A stretch of DNA of 64,000 bases from a bacterium (GTDB lineage: Bacteria; SAR324; JACQKK01). The number at the start of each line of letters is the position of its first letter. Position 1 is the first letter of the stretch. The stretch is from the NCBI GenBank assembly GCA_965240465.1, contig OZ251219.1, forward strand, positions 192,001 to 256,000. Reading direction: 5' to 3'. Shown in pieces: positions 20,935 to 31,205 of this stretch. The position numbers were made by a program, and so were the translations under genes. Under the pieces are notes generated by a model. That model was not told where the DNA came from and ran no database searches. It worked only from the letters and a program-made list of their open reading frames with translations.

Positions 20935-22440
20935 CTAAGGAAAGATAAGAGCTAAATAGTGAACCTGACTGCCTAGGTGTACCAAAAACAAGAGTGGTTT
21001 TCCAGAGACGGTGCTGTTCAGCAATCTTTCCAACTGGCGAATTGAGCGAATACCCTTGTTATTAACCGCCCGTATTAGTGCCCCTTCACGAAGCCCAGCT
21101 TTGTCAGCTATGCTTCCCGCGGATACCTTGGCTACCAGTACTCCGTTTAGCCCTTCATATCCCAGACTAGCTGCTATGGAAGGAGTGACCTCCTTCACCG
21201 TGAAACCCAGACTATTGGCTTGAGGTCCCGTTTTTCTATTTCTTTGTCTACTGGGACGAGAATCATTTGAAGACTGCAAAGAAGTGGGCAGCTGACCTAC
21301 CTTCACTTTGAAATAACGTTGCTTGCCTGCACGCAAGACCCGTACTTCTACCGAGCTACCCGGTTTCCATCCAGCCACCCGATTACGCAATTCGCCCGTA
21401 GTACGTATCTGCTTCTTATCAAAATGAGTGATGATATCCCCTTGTCGTAACCCCGCTTTCTCTGCTGGACTACCAGCACCCACCTGAGACAATAATACCC
21501 CTGAACGAGGCTCAACTTTTAGAGCCTTGGCCAGATTGGCATCTATATCCTGAATTCTTACCCCTAGAAATCCGCGTGAAACTTTGCCATCGGCTATCAA
21601 TGCGGTCATCACCTGCTTGACCATGTTGATGGGAATCGCAAATCCCACCCCCAAATTGCCCCCACTACGACTAAAAATAGCAGTATTCACTCCAACCACT
21701 TCACCATGTAGATTGACTAGCGGTCCCCCGCTATTGCCAGGGTTGATGGAGGCATCAGTCTGAATAAAATCCTCATAGTCTACCTGCCCCAGCTGTGTAC
21801 GACCCTTAGCACTAACAATTCCTTGAGTTATGGTCTGTTCCAAGCCAAACGGACTTCCAATCGCCATCACTGTCTCCCCCACCTCCAAGGCATCTGAATT
21901 GCCCAGCTTTAATGACGGCAGACGAGGTCCATCAATCTTTAATACCGCCAAATCAGTGGCTGAATCCGCACCCACTAGCTTTGCCTTAAACTGCCGACCA
22001 TCCTTCAATTTGACCTCAACGGAACCCGCACCCACTACCACATGATTATTGGTCACCACATAGCCCTTGCGATCCACTATAAATCCCGAACCTAAACCTC
22101 TTTGAAAACGCGGCTCGTTATTTTCAGGAAGGGTACCCGGTGGAAAAAATCTACGGAAGAATGGGTCATCAAATGGATCAATGCCTGATGACGCCGTAGG
22201 CTTCTCCACACTAATGTGCACCACGGCATTGCTCACACGACGCAAAATAGCAGCCCGTGCCTTGGATGCTCTCACCAGAACCTCTAAATCCTTCTCAGAT
22301 TGAGCATGCACATCTGCCGGGGAACTAATCGCCAGCAGCAGACTGGTTGTCATATTTACGGTTGTCAATATCCCTGCGGTCAGTAACCCTGCTATCAGTA
22401 CCTTTATACTTATTGTCGCTGTTTTCATTGTTACTCTCAT
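20935..22440 (-). CDS. DegP/DegQ (Do) serine protease with two PDZ domains
   Basis: TNNHV, DLAVL, GNSGGPL, two PDZ domains. Confidence 0.95.
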   Translation of the reverse strand: MRVTMKTATISIKVLIAGLLTAGILTTVNMTTSLLLAISSPADVHAQSEKDLEVLVRASKARAAILRRVSNAVVHISVEKPTASSGIDPFDDPFFRRFFPPGTLPENNEPRFQRGLGSGFIVDRKGYVVTNNHVVVGAGSVEVKLKDGRQFKAKLVGADSATDLAVLKIDGPRLPSLKLGNSDALEVGETVMAIGSPFGLEQTITQGIVSAKGRTQLGQVDYEDFIQTDASINPGNSGGPLVNLHGEVVGVNTAIFSRSGGNLGVGFAIPINMVKQVMTALIADGKVSRGFLGVRIQDIDANLAKALKVEPRSGVLLSQVGAGSPAEKAGLRQGDIITHFDKKQIRTTGELRNRVAGWKPGSSVEVRVLRAGKQRYFKVKVGQLPTSLQSSNDSRPSRQRNRKTGPQANSLGFTVKEVTPSIAASLGYEGLNGVLVAKVSAGSIADKAGLREGALIRAVNNKGIRSIRQLERLLNSTVSGKPLLFLVHLGSQVHYLALIFP

Positions 22441-22648
22441 GCTAAGGTTAATTTTCTTTATGCCTCTTAACCGACATAACCTACACCAGACTATTCTAGC
22501 ATGCCTGATTTTTTTTAATTTTGATAGTTTGCCCCAGCAATGTATAGCTTACACAGTAAAAAATCACTGCAAGTTGGTTTGTTTATTATAAAGCGACCAG
22601 TGATTACCATCAACCTTCCACTAAAAAAATGTATCCTATAAAGCACTG

Positions 22649-24235
22649 ATGGATTTAATTTTATCTCAGTTACATAATGTTAATTTTCTGGTAGTGGGGG
22701 ATCTACTTCTGGATAGGTATTTATGGGGAGAAGCAAAAAGGGTTTCACCGGAGGCTCCAGTTCCGATAGTGCATGTGGAAAGGGAGGAATCACGTTTGGG
22801 AGGGGCTGCTAATGTCGCAAACAATTTATATGCTCTGGGAGTGAAAACTCAGGTGGTAGGTTTGATTGGCAAAGATCAGCCGGGAAGATCCTTACAAAAT
22901 TTGCTCAAGAAAACTGGCATTGATACCGATGGTCTGGTCGTGGATACCCAAAGAATAACCACCGTAAAAACTCGGGTGATGGCATCTCATCAGCAATTAT
23001 TGCGTTTTGACCACGAAACGCATCAAGTAACCAATGATATTATCAGTCAGCAGCTATGGCAACGGGTTCAGCAGGCTTTGGACACAGTGGATGGGGTGTT
23101 GGTGTCGGATTATAAAAAGGGGACTATCAGCCAAAAATTGTTTGCCAATTTGGTGACAGATTGCCAGAAAAAAGACATTCCTTTGTTTGTTGACCCAAAA
23201 GGGCAGGATTATCGTTGTTATCGCGGGGCTAGTTGTCTCACTCCTAATGAACAAGAAGCTGCCATAGCCAGTAACTTGGCTGGAACCAACACTCTACCCG
23301 ATATTGCTAACACCCCCCAAGATCTAAACCATAAAAACAGCGAGTCTCTCACAGCTGCCAAAAAATTGATGCAAGAAACCAATAGCGAAGCCCTCTGCAT
23401 CACCTTGGGAGCCAGGGGCGTATTGGTACTCACTGCCAATGGAGAACATCGGCAGCTGGCTACTGAGACTAAGGAGGTGTTTGATGTCACCGGGGCTGGG
23501 GATACCTTCATTGCGGTTTTGGCAGCAATGCAGACAACATATCGCAAAACAAACCAAAAACTAAAAAAAGGCAAACTGGCTAAAGAGGACTCGGCTTCCT
23601 CATGGTTTGAGGCTGCCACCTGGGCTAATAGAGCCGCGGGCATGGTAGTCGGTCGTTTGGGAGCTGTGACTATAAGTTCGGAAGAATTAGCAAGGGGTTC
23701 ATATGGTTCTTATCCTGCTACTGAGAAACTGCCTCTGTGGCAAAATAAATTAAGGTACGATGTCAAGCAGCTGGCAGCGGAATTGAATCAGCATCAACAA
23801 CGAGGAAAGCAGATTGTATTCACCAATGGCTGTTTTGATTTGCTTCACGCAGGACATGCCGCCTGCTTGGAATCTGCCCGCCGAGAGGGAGATTTGCTAG
23901 TGGTGGGATTAAATTCAGATGCCTCTGTAAGACGTCTCAAAGGAGACTTGCGTCCTTTATCCAAATTGGAGGATCGGGTTCGGTTGCTATGTTCTCTTAC
24001 TGCAGTAGACTATGTAACCGTCTTTGATGCCGATACTCCCCAAGAATTGATTGCCAAACTACGCCCTGATGTACTAGTAAAGGGGCAGGATTACGCCCTG
24101 GATGAAATTGTGGGTGGCCAGCTGGTAAAACGATGGGGAGGTCGGGTGGTACGAGTTCCTTTCTTAGAAGGACATTCTTCCAGCCAGTTGAGAGAATCGT
24201 GGCAGGTTGCCTCTGCAGCTGATAAAAAAACATAA
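22649..24235 (+). CDS. hldE: Bifunctional heptose kinase/adenylyltransferase
   Basis: RVSPEAPVP, DVTGAGDT, FTNGCFDLLHAGH. Confidence 0.96.
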   Translation: MDLILSQLHNVNFLVVGDLLLDRYLWGEAKRVSPEAPVPIVHVEREESRLGGAANVANNLYALGVKTQVVGLIGKDQPGRSLQNLLKKTGIDTDGLVVDTQRITTVKTRVMASHQQLLRFDHETHQVTNDIISQQLWQRVQQALDTVDGVLVSDYKKGTISQKLFANLVTDCQKKDIPLFVDPKGQDYRCYRGASCLTPNEQEAAIASNLAGTNTLPDIANTPQDLNHKNSESLTAAKKLMQETNSEALCITLGARGVLVLTANGEHRQLATETKEVFDVTGAGDTFIAVLAAMQTTYRKTNQKLKKGKLAKEDSASSWFEAATWANRAAGMVVGRLGAVTISSEELARGSYGSYPATEKLPLWQNKLRYDVKQLAAELNQHQQRGKQIVFTNGCFDLLHAGHAACLESARREGDLLVVGLNSDASVRRLKGDLRPLSKLEDRVRLLCSLTAVDYVTVFDADTPQELIAKLRPDVLVKGQDYALDEIVGGQLVKRWGGRVVRVPFLEGHSSSQLRESWQVASAADKKT

Positions 24236-24271
24236 CTATTAAAAAATTATATTATTCTCATAGGGAAAAAA

Positions 24272-25699
24272 ATGGATAATTACGATGTGGTGGTGATTGG
24301 CTCTGGCCCTGGTGGTTATGTAGCCGCCAATCGTGCTGGGCTGGCTGGCTTAAAAACAGCGGTGGTGGAAAGAGAATCTTTGGGAGGAGTGTGCTTGAAT
24401 TGGGGATGCATACCCACCAAAGCCCTGCTGAAAAGTGCAGAACTGTTTGAAGAACTTCAACAAGCTGAAAATCATGGTTTTCAAGTAACAAAGATCGGTT
24501 TTGATGCCGAGAAAATTGTGGCTCGTTCTAGAAAAATTGCCAAAAAGATGAACGCTGGGGTACGAAGTTTGTTGAATAAATATAAGGTAAAAACCATCAT
24601 GGGAGAGGCCTCCTTTAAGGATGCCCATACTCTCCAAATTTCAGCCCAAGGTCAGCCACCACAAACCATTAAGGCTAAGCATATTATCGTGGCTACTGGT
24701 GCTTCTCCGCGTTGCTGGGCAGATTTTCCTGTTGATCATCATACCGTCATCAACTACCGCGATGCCCTTGCCCTGACAAAATTTCCCAAGCAGCTTTTAG
24801 TGATCGGGGCTGGTGCCATTGGAGTAGAATTTACCTACTACTTTAGTGCCTTTGGGGTGAAAGTACACTTGGTGGAAATGCAAAACCAGCTACTACCAAA
24901 TGAAGATTCTGAAATCTCCTCCCTACTATTGAAAAACTTCCAAAAAAGAGACATCAATTGCTACCTCAACACCCGCATTAGTGAATTCAAAGCCACTAAA
25001 AACAAGGTTAACTGTAAATTGACGCCCCAAAACAAAACCGAAAAAACAATATCTCTGCAAACCGATATGGCACTGGTCGCCATCGGCATGCAAGCCCACA
25101 CCAAAAATATGGGATTAGAAAAAACAGCCATTAAAACTGATCAACAAGGATTTATCCCTACCGATCCCCACATGCGTACCAGTGTCCCCCATATATATGC
25201 CATCGGAGATGTCACCGGCCGCCAATTACTAGCTCACAAAGCCTCTGCCGAGGCTGAGATTGCCGTAAAACACATTAGTAGCTCCTCTGCTTCCTCATCA
25301 ACCCCCGCTTCGCACACTCCTATGAGCTATGATCAAATCCCTGCTTGTACTTATTGCCAGCCGCAAGTAGCCTCACTGGGACTCACAGAAAAAGCCTGCC
25401 AAGACAAAAAAATAAGCTATCAGATAGGCAAATTTCCCTATATCGCCAGCGGTAAAGCCAACGCCATTGGTCACACCGATGGAATGGTCAAACTGCTCTT
25501 CGGAAAACCCCATGGCCAATTGCTAGGAGCACATTTGATAGGTCCAGATGTTACAGAACTGTTAGCCGAACTCTCCTTAGCCATGAAATTGGAAGCCACT
25601 AAAGAGGAAATCCTGGCTACCATTCATGCCCACCCCACCCTGTCTGAATCTATCTTTGAAGCTACCGCTGTAGCTTATGGCGTAAGTGCTAATTTCTAA
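24272..25699 (+). CDS. lpdA: Dihydrolipoyl dehydrogenase
   Basis: GSGPGG, CLNWGC, HAHPTLSE. Confidence 0.97.
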   Translation: MDNYDVVVIGSGPGGYVAANRAGLAGLKTAVVERESLGGVCLNWGCIPTKALLKSAELFEELQQAENHGFQVTKIGFDAEKIVARSRKIAKKMNAGVRSLLNKYKVKTIMGEASFKDAHTLQISAQGQPPQTIKAKHIIVATGASPRCWADFPVDHHTVINYRDALALTKFPKQLLVIGAGAIGVEFTYYFSAFGVKVHLVEMQNQLLPNEDSEISSLLLKNFQKRDINCYLNTRISEFKATKNKVNCKLTPQNKTEKTISLQTDMALVAIGMQAHTKNMGLEKTAIKTDQQGFIPTDPHMRTSVPHIYAIGDVTGRQLLAHKASAEAEIAVKHISSSSASSSTPASHTPMSYDQIPACTYCQPQVASLGLTEKACQDKKISYQIGKFPYIASGKANAIGHTDGMVKLLFGKPHGQLLGAHLIGPDVTELLAELSLAMKLEATKEEILATIHAHPTLSESIFEATAVAYGVSANF

Positions 25700-25783
25700 C
25701 CATAAATAGTCAGCTGGTTTGCGAATAATAAGCATTTATGGTGAAATGGATATATACATGTTGGTTTTGTTTATTATTGCTCG

Positions 25784-27889
25784 GTGATATTTTGCATGTC
25801 AAAACAGTCTTTGGTTGCCAAAGGCACCGTTTCAAGCACAACTAAAAAATTGGAATTTCAGGTCTTCAGTCAATTGCCTTGGCCTGGCTGGATTACCAAT
25901 CCTCAAGGGCAAGTGATTAACATCAATGAAACAGCCCTACAGCTGATGCAACAGCTGAACATAAAACTAGCTGATAATGGGAAAAAACCTTTTCCAGTAC
26001 AGGAACTGCTAAAGCATTTTGACATCAGTAGCTTAGCAGAACGAAAGACGCTACAATCACACTGGGAGGGAGAATGGTTTTACCGTCAGCAGAAAAATTT
26101 GCGAACCTTCAAGGTATCTGTATTTCCTATCCACAGTAAGGAAAAGGGGGAAATCATTGGCATTAGCTATCAGTTACAGGATGGCACCAAGGAGTCTTCA
26201 AAAGATCAAGAGTTAAGTAGCTTGCATAAGCAACTGCAGAATACTCAAGCCGACTTGGAGCAAATGTTTGGGGAACTCCGCCGGGTGTACAAACTTGGCA
26301 ATGAACTTTTAGATGGTTTAACTAAGGAATTGATAATGCCTGTCAATAAATTAGTATCCCGCATTAGAGGTCTACATGATGTACGGGATTCTATGTCTAC
26401 CTTGCAACAGCAACATGTGGCAGAGATACAACAGCAGATCGAGCTATTAAGAACAATTGTTAGTAGTATTGATCACTTGGTGGAATTACAGCAGGACTTA
26501 CAAGAAACAGCCCCTGAAAAAATTGATGTCAGAGCCATGGTGAAGGATGCGTTTGCCGAAAACATTTTTTGGCAGAGGAAAAAAGGGCTTGTTTTAAATA
26601 CCAAATTTCCTGGTCAATTAGTGATTGTTAAATCTCCTGGGGCTAATTTGAAAAAATTGCTAAATTTGCTGGTACGCGAAGTACACTTGGCTTGTAAAGC
26701 TAATTCCCAAATTAAGGTGAGCTGCCACCAAGATAAAATACACGATATGGTACAGCTACATATTTTGTATCAAGGTACCCGACTAGATAAATTCGCAGAA
26801 AGTGCCTCAGGGCAAGAAAGTCAGAAACGATTTGCGATATGGTTACCGCTTTTGCAACGCAACATGCTTCAAAATGGCGGCAATTTGGAATTTGGAGAAA
26901 ATAAACATGGAGTTTATCTAGAAATAAACATGGTCCAAGATCACACAAAAACCGAGCGAACAAGGGTACTGATTTGTGATGAAAATAAGAACGATTCTCG
27001 CTTAGTCAAGAAATTATTATTCAAGCATTGGCCAAGAGCCTTAATACTTGATTTTACCAATCCCTTTGATCTGTTGGATCGCCATGACAATTTCCAACCT
27101 GATCTGGTGGTGATAGATCCTAATTTTTCTCAACCTGGTTGGGGACAGCACCGAGCGTTGGCTAGTTTGTTTCAGCAGCGTCAACATATCTGCCCAGTAT
27201 TAAGCATCAGTACCCTTTACAACAAAGAAGCTGAGTGCGTTTTGGTGGCAAAACGTGGAGTAAGCGACTACATAGCAAAACCCTGCTCAGAATTTGATTT
27301 GGATTTCAAACTTAAAAGAATGTTGACGCTTCATAGACGTGAACGCAATCTGCAACAAACCATGGGAATAACCCAACGCCAAGCCTATACCGATTTTCTC
27401 ACTGGGCTTGGCAATCGTAATCACTTTGATGACTTCCTAAAAGTACAGATCAGCTACTCCAAGCAAACCAACAAAAAATGTACCCTAGTGATGATGGATG
27501 TGGATCACTTCAAGCATTTCAATGATATCCACGGTCATCAACTGGGCGATGAATTATTGCGTAGTATAGGGCAACTATTACAAAAATCAGTACGCTCTTC
27601 TGATCTAGCAGCTCGCTACGGCGGAGAAGAATTCGTACTGGTACTACCAGAAACTGATAAAATAATGGGAGCTGCCATCGCAGAAAAAGTGAGAATCTCC
27701 ATAGAATCCATTAACATCCCAGAGGCTAAACAGCAGCCGCTGGGGTTAATATCAGCCAGCTTTGGGGTGGCTTGCTTTGATGTGGATGGCAAAGATCCAG
27801 CCTCTTTGATTCACTGGGCTGATCAATGCATGTATGCCGCAAAAGAGGCCGGCCGAAATAAGGTGATAACCAGCCTCAAGCCTTCGTAA
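25784..27889 (+). CDS. Diguanylate cyclase: PAS-like, degenerate HisKA/HATPase, REC and GGDEF domains
   Basis: DFLTGLGNR, RSSD I-site, RYGGEEF; REC motifs VLICDE/DLVVID/YIAKP. Confidence 0.88.
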   Translation: MIFCMSKQSLVAKGTVSSTTKKLEFQVFSQLPWPGWITNPQGQVININETALQLMQQLNIKLADNGKKPFPVQELLKHFDISSLAERKTLQSHWEGEWFYRQQKNLRTFKVSVFPIHSKEKGEIIGISYQLQDGTKESSKDQELSSLHKQLQNTQADLEQMFGELRRVYKLGNELLDGLTKELIMPVNKLVSRIRGLHDVRDSMSTLQQQHVAEIQQQIELLRTIVSSIDHLVELQQDLQETAPEKIDVRAMVKDAFAENIFWQRKKGLVLNTKFPGQLVIVKSPGANLKKLLNLLVREVHLACKANSQIKVSCHQDKIHDMVQLHILYQGTRLDKFAESASGQESQKRFAIWLPLLQRNMLQNGGNLEFGENKHGVYLEINMVQDHTKTERTRVLICDENKNDSRLVKKLLFKHWPRALILDFTNPFDLLDRHDNFQPDLVVIDPNFSQPGWGQHRALASLFQQRQHICPVLSISTLYNKEAECVLVAKRGVSDYIAKPCSEFDLDFKLKRMLTLHRRERNLQQTMGITQRQAYTDFLTGLGNRNHFDDFLKVQISYSKQTNKKCTLVMMDVDHFKHFNDIHGHQLGDELLRSIGQLLQKSVRSSDLAARYGGEEFVLVLPETDKIMGAAIAEKVRISIESINIPEAKQQPLGLISASFGVACFDVDGKDPASLIHWADQCMYAAKEAGRNKVITSLKPS

Positions 27890-27943
27890 AGATATCCCTA
27901 CAAATAACCATCACCAAACCCAAAACACATTCACCTTAAGAAA

Positions 27944-29842
27944 CTAAACCTTACGCTTAAAGCGGCGTTCTAGCTCATTGGGAGAAAGTTCCACCCAAAT
28001 AGGCCTGCCATGGGGGCAGTAGAGAGTAATATCCAACCTGCTAAGTTCATCCAAAATTTCTTGCATTATAGTCGTAGAGAGTTGGTCACCAGCACGAATG
28101 GCAGCATGACAAGCACCCGAACGAAGTATTTCATTAAACACTTCTTCCAAGTGCCCACTTTTGCCAAACAGAGCTAGCTCATCCAGTACTTCCAGCACCA
28201 TATCCTTTATGTTTATGCCCGACAAAATAGCTGGAATCTGACGAACTAAGCTGGTACTGGAACCAAATTGGTCTATCTCAAACCCCATCTTCTTCCACTG
28301 AGGTAAATACTGCTCTAGCAATAGAGCATTTTGCGAACTTAATTCAATGGAAAAAGGAATTAAAAGTAACTTGGACACAATACCATTACGATAAAACTGA
28401 TGGCGATAATGCTCAAACAAGATGCGTTCATGGGCTGCGTGTTGATCAATCAGCAGCAAGGAGTGCTCCCGCTGAGCAATGATATAGCTGAAGTCAAACT
28501 GAGTCAGCAATGTTAAACCTTTTTCTAAAAAGCCCGGTTGAGGGCTAGGGTCTTCAGCTGGCATCCGATGCTTACTAAGAGATGCATCAGGCTGGATGTT
28601 TTTAGTCAGGGGTTGAAAGTGAAAGTTCTTGGTTTGGGGTAGCTCGCTTTTACTTTCATCAACAGAAGCCGCTGGATCTGATGTATCAGATCTTTGGAAG
28701 TCAGAATGAGTGGTGCTTAACTCACTATGTTCAACAGAAGCTAGGAAAGGCTCAGCAGGCGGAGAATCCCAATTGCTGGCTAAGGAGGTAGCATGGTCTT
28801 TGACTGTTGATGATAAAGTAGGGCTGTCGCTACCTAGCATTTCAGATCGGGTGAGAGATTTCAGCTGATTATGCAAGCGGGTAGTAAGCACAGAATAGAT
28901 TCGCTGGGGTTGCAACAAGCGTACTTCCGATTTGGTAGGATGTACGTTCACGTCTACTTGATCGGGCGGAAGGGAAATTTTCATTACAAAGGCAGAGAAT
29001 TTTCCTCCCATCAACATGGTGCGATAGGCCTGCTGGATAGCAAATGAAAGGCGAACGTCTTTCACACCCCGACAATTGATAAACAAATGCTGCCAGCGGC
29101 GATTCGGTTTGCTATAGCTGGGGTGGGACATCATGGATTTGAACTGAAAAGCGGGATCCTTCCCCTCAATGGGTAACATTTGTGAGCCCATGGTGCGTCC
29201 AAATACCTGCTGAACCCTTTCTTTCAAGCTGGTAGCTGGAGGCCAATCCCAAATAGAGCGGCCATTGTGCCGAAGATGGAGGCTAAGATGTTCATGAGCT
29301 AATGCCAGCTGAATCAGTACCTGCTGAATGTGATGCAGCTCGGTGGATGCCGAACGGAGAAACTTACGCCTGGCAGGAAGATTGTAAAAAAGCTCTGCTA
29401 CCTTCACCCAACAACCCTTAGGCAAAGATACAACCTCTGTCTTTATAGAACCTCCCTCGCTTAATTTTACACAAATAGCTGGCTCGGATTCATCCACACA
29501 GGTATGCAACTGAAATCTGGAAACCGAGGAAATAGCTGATAAAGCCTCACCTCTAAAACCCAAGGTTCCAATGTTATCTAAATCTTGGGCAGTCTGAATC
29601 TTGCTAGTAGCATATCTTTTCACCGACATTACGGCATCCTCTTCCGACATCCCTCTACCATTATCTCTCACCGAGATTAAACGCTTTCCGCCCTCTTCTA
29701 ATTCTACCCACACCTCAGACGAACCAGCATCCAAAGCATTCTCCACTAACTCTTTCACCACCGCTGAAGGACGCTCCACTACCTCCCCTGCCGCAATGTG
29801 ATTAACTATCTCTTCAGGCAAAACTCGAATACAAGGTGCCAT
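27944..29842 (-). CDS. mutL: DNA mismatch repair protein MutL
   Basis: IAAGEVVERP, GFRGEAL, DQHAAHERILFE, CPHGRP; RBS AGGAGG before ATG 29842. Confidence 0.97.
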   Translation of the reverse strand: MAPCIRVLPEEIVNHIAAGEVVERPSAVVKELVENALDAGSSEVWVELEEGGKRLISVRDNGRGMSEEDAVMSVKRYATSKIQTAQDLDNIGTLGFRGEALSAISSVSRFQLHTCVDESEPAICVKLSEGGSIKTEVVSLPKGCWVKVAELFYNLPARRKFLRSASTELHHIQQVLIQLALAHEHLSLHLRHNGRSIWDWPPATSLKERVQQVFGRTMGSQMLPIEGKDPAFQFKSMMSHPSYSKPNRRWQHLFINCRGVKDVRLSFAIQQAYRTMLMGGKFSAFVMKISLPPDQVDVNVHPTKSEVRLLQPQRIYSVLTTRLHNQLKSLTRSEMLGSDSPTLSSTVKDHATSLASNWDSPPAEPFLASVEHSELSTTHSDFQRSDTSDPAASVDESKSELPQTKNFHFQPLTKNIQPDASLSKHRMPAEDPSPQPGFLEKGLTLLTQFDFSYIIAQREHSLLLIDQHAAHERILFEHYRHQFYRNGIVSKLLLIPFSIELSSQNALLLEQYLPQWKKMGFEIDQFGSSTSLVRQIPAILSGINIKDMVLEVLDELALFGKSGHLEEVFNEILRSGACHAAIRAGDQLSTTIMQEILDELSRLDITLYCPHGRPIWVELSPNELERRFKRKV

Positions 29843-30088
29843 CACTCCTCCTTGAAATCCTTCCCACACTTCAAACCAACTAAATGGTAATCATAATGAT
29901 AATTGTATTTATACACTCTCTTACACTGAGTTGTTTCCATTATTTACTGCTCATTTGCAAATAACTCTATCTTTTATCCTAAAAAAGAATACCAGATAGT
30001 TTGCTAATCTTGCCAAGCAGTAAGTAAAATGAATATGACATGCTCCCCCTTTAGGGTCTATAATCTTAAAACCGCTAGAAAAATCTAG

Positions 30089-31129
30089 ATGCATCTCTTA
30101 AACAAGCTTAGCCATGACTTAAAAACCGTGCAACAGGTTGCTCTTGGTGAGTTATCAACTATCACCAGCCGTGATGAAATAAGCAAGTGGCATCGGCGTT
30201 ATCTGGGACGCAAAGGGCAACTGACTATTGCCCTTCGTCAATTAAGAGAACTATCAGGCGATGAACGCCCTCGGGCAGGTGAGCTGGCTAATCAGATAAA
30301 AGAAAAGCTCCAACAAGCCATGAATGAGCATCAGCGAGCTTTGTATGATCAGGATTTAGGACGCAAGCTGGAGGAAAAATTAGATGTTAGTTTGCCGGGT
30401 AGACAGCCTGCAATAGGGCATTTGCATTTATCCACCCAAACACTTAGACGCATGACGAATATTTTTTCGGAGCTGGGATTTCAAGTATATCAATCACCAG
30501 AGGTGGAGACAGATGAATTTAATTTTGGTTTATTGAACATTCCGCCTTATCATCCAGCCCGTGATATGTGGGATACCTTCTGGCTGGATAAAAAAGATTA
30601 TCTGCTACGCACCCACACTTCTCCAGGACAGATCCATGCCATGCGAGAATATGCCCCCAATGATGTCCGAGTAATACTGCCCGGCAAGTGTTATCGCTAT
30701 GAGGCAGTAAGTGCCCGAGCCGAGCATCAATTCTTTCAATTGGAGGGACTGGCAATAGGAAAACAGATCTGTTTGACAGATTTGCTGGGTACCCTGCACC
30801 ATTTTGCAGAGAGTTTTTATGGCTTAGGACGACGCATGCGAATTAGGGGAAGTTATTTTCCTTTTACTGAACCCTCCATTGAGGTAGACATTGATTGCAT
30901 ACTGTGCCAAGCCGAGGGCTGTCGGGTATGCAAATATTCGGGCTGGCTGGAGGTAGCCGGAGCTGGCATGGTGCATCCCAAGGTACTGCAAAATGGCGGT
31001 TATGACCCTGAGGAAATCAGCGGGTTTGCCTTTGGTTTGGGAATAGAGAGACCAGCCATGCAGCTTCATGGGGTGGAAGACATTCGTTGTTTTTACCAAA
31101 ATGACTTACGCTTCCATCGCCAATTTTAG
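30089..31129 (+). CDS. pheS: Phenylalanine-tRNA ligase alpha subunit
   Basis: HPARDMWDTF, LRTHTSP, YFPFTEPS, GFAFGLGIER. Confidence 0.97.
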   Translation: MHLLNKLSHDLKTVQQVALGELSTITSRDEISKWHRRYLGRKGQLTIALRQLRELSGDERPRAGELANQIKEKLQQAMNEHQRALYDQDLGRKLEEKLDVSLPGRQPAIGHLHLSTQTLRRMTNIFSELGFQVYQSPEVETDEFNFGLLNIPPYHPARDMWDTFWLDKKDYLLRTHTSPGQIHAMREYAPNDVRVILPGKCYRYEAVSARAEHQFFQLEGLAIGKQICLTDLLGTLHHFAESFYGLGRRMRIRGSYFPFTEPSIEVDIDCILCQAEGCRVCKYSGWLEVAGAGMVHPKVLQNGGYDPEEISGFAFGLGIERPAMQLHGVEDIRCFYQNDLRFHRQF

Positions 31130-31162
31130 TAGCCACTTTTGGCAATCACTTTTAGTAGCCAC
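31124..31162 (+). repeat. 13-bp degenerate tandem repeat x3 at the pheS-pheT junction
   Basis: TTTTAGTAGCCAC / TTTTGGCAATCAC / TTTTAGTAGCCAC. Confidence 0.75.
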
Positions 31163-31205
31163 TGCGAGACCGCGTTTTTTCCTTTTTATTGCTCCTGTTT
31201 TAGTA

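Noticed and set aside
31068-31205. PheT N-terminal extension overlapping pheS
   Set aside because: PheT homology begins at MPLRIPYSWL (31206).
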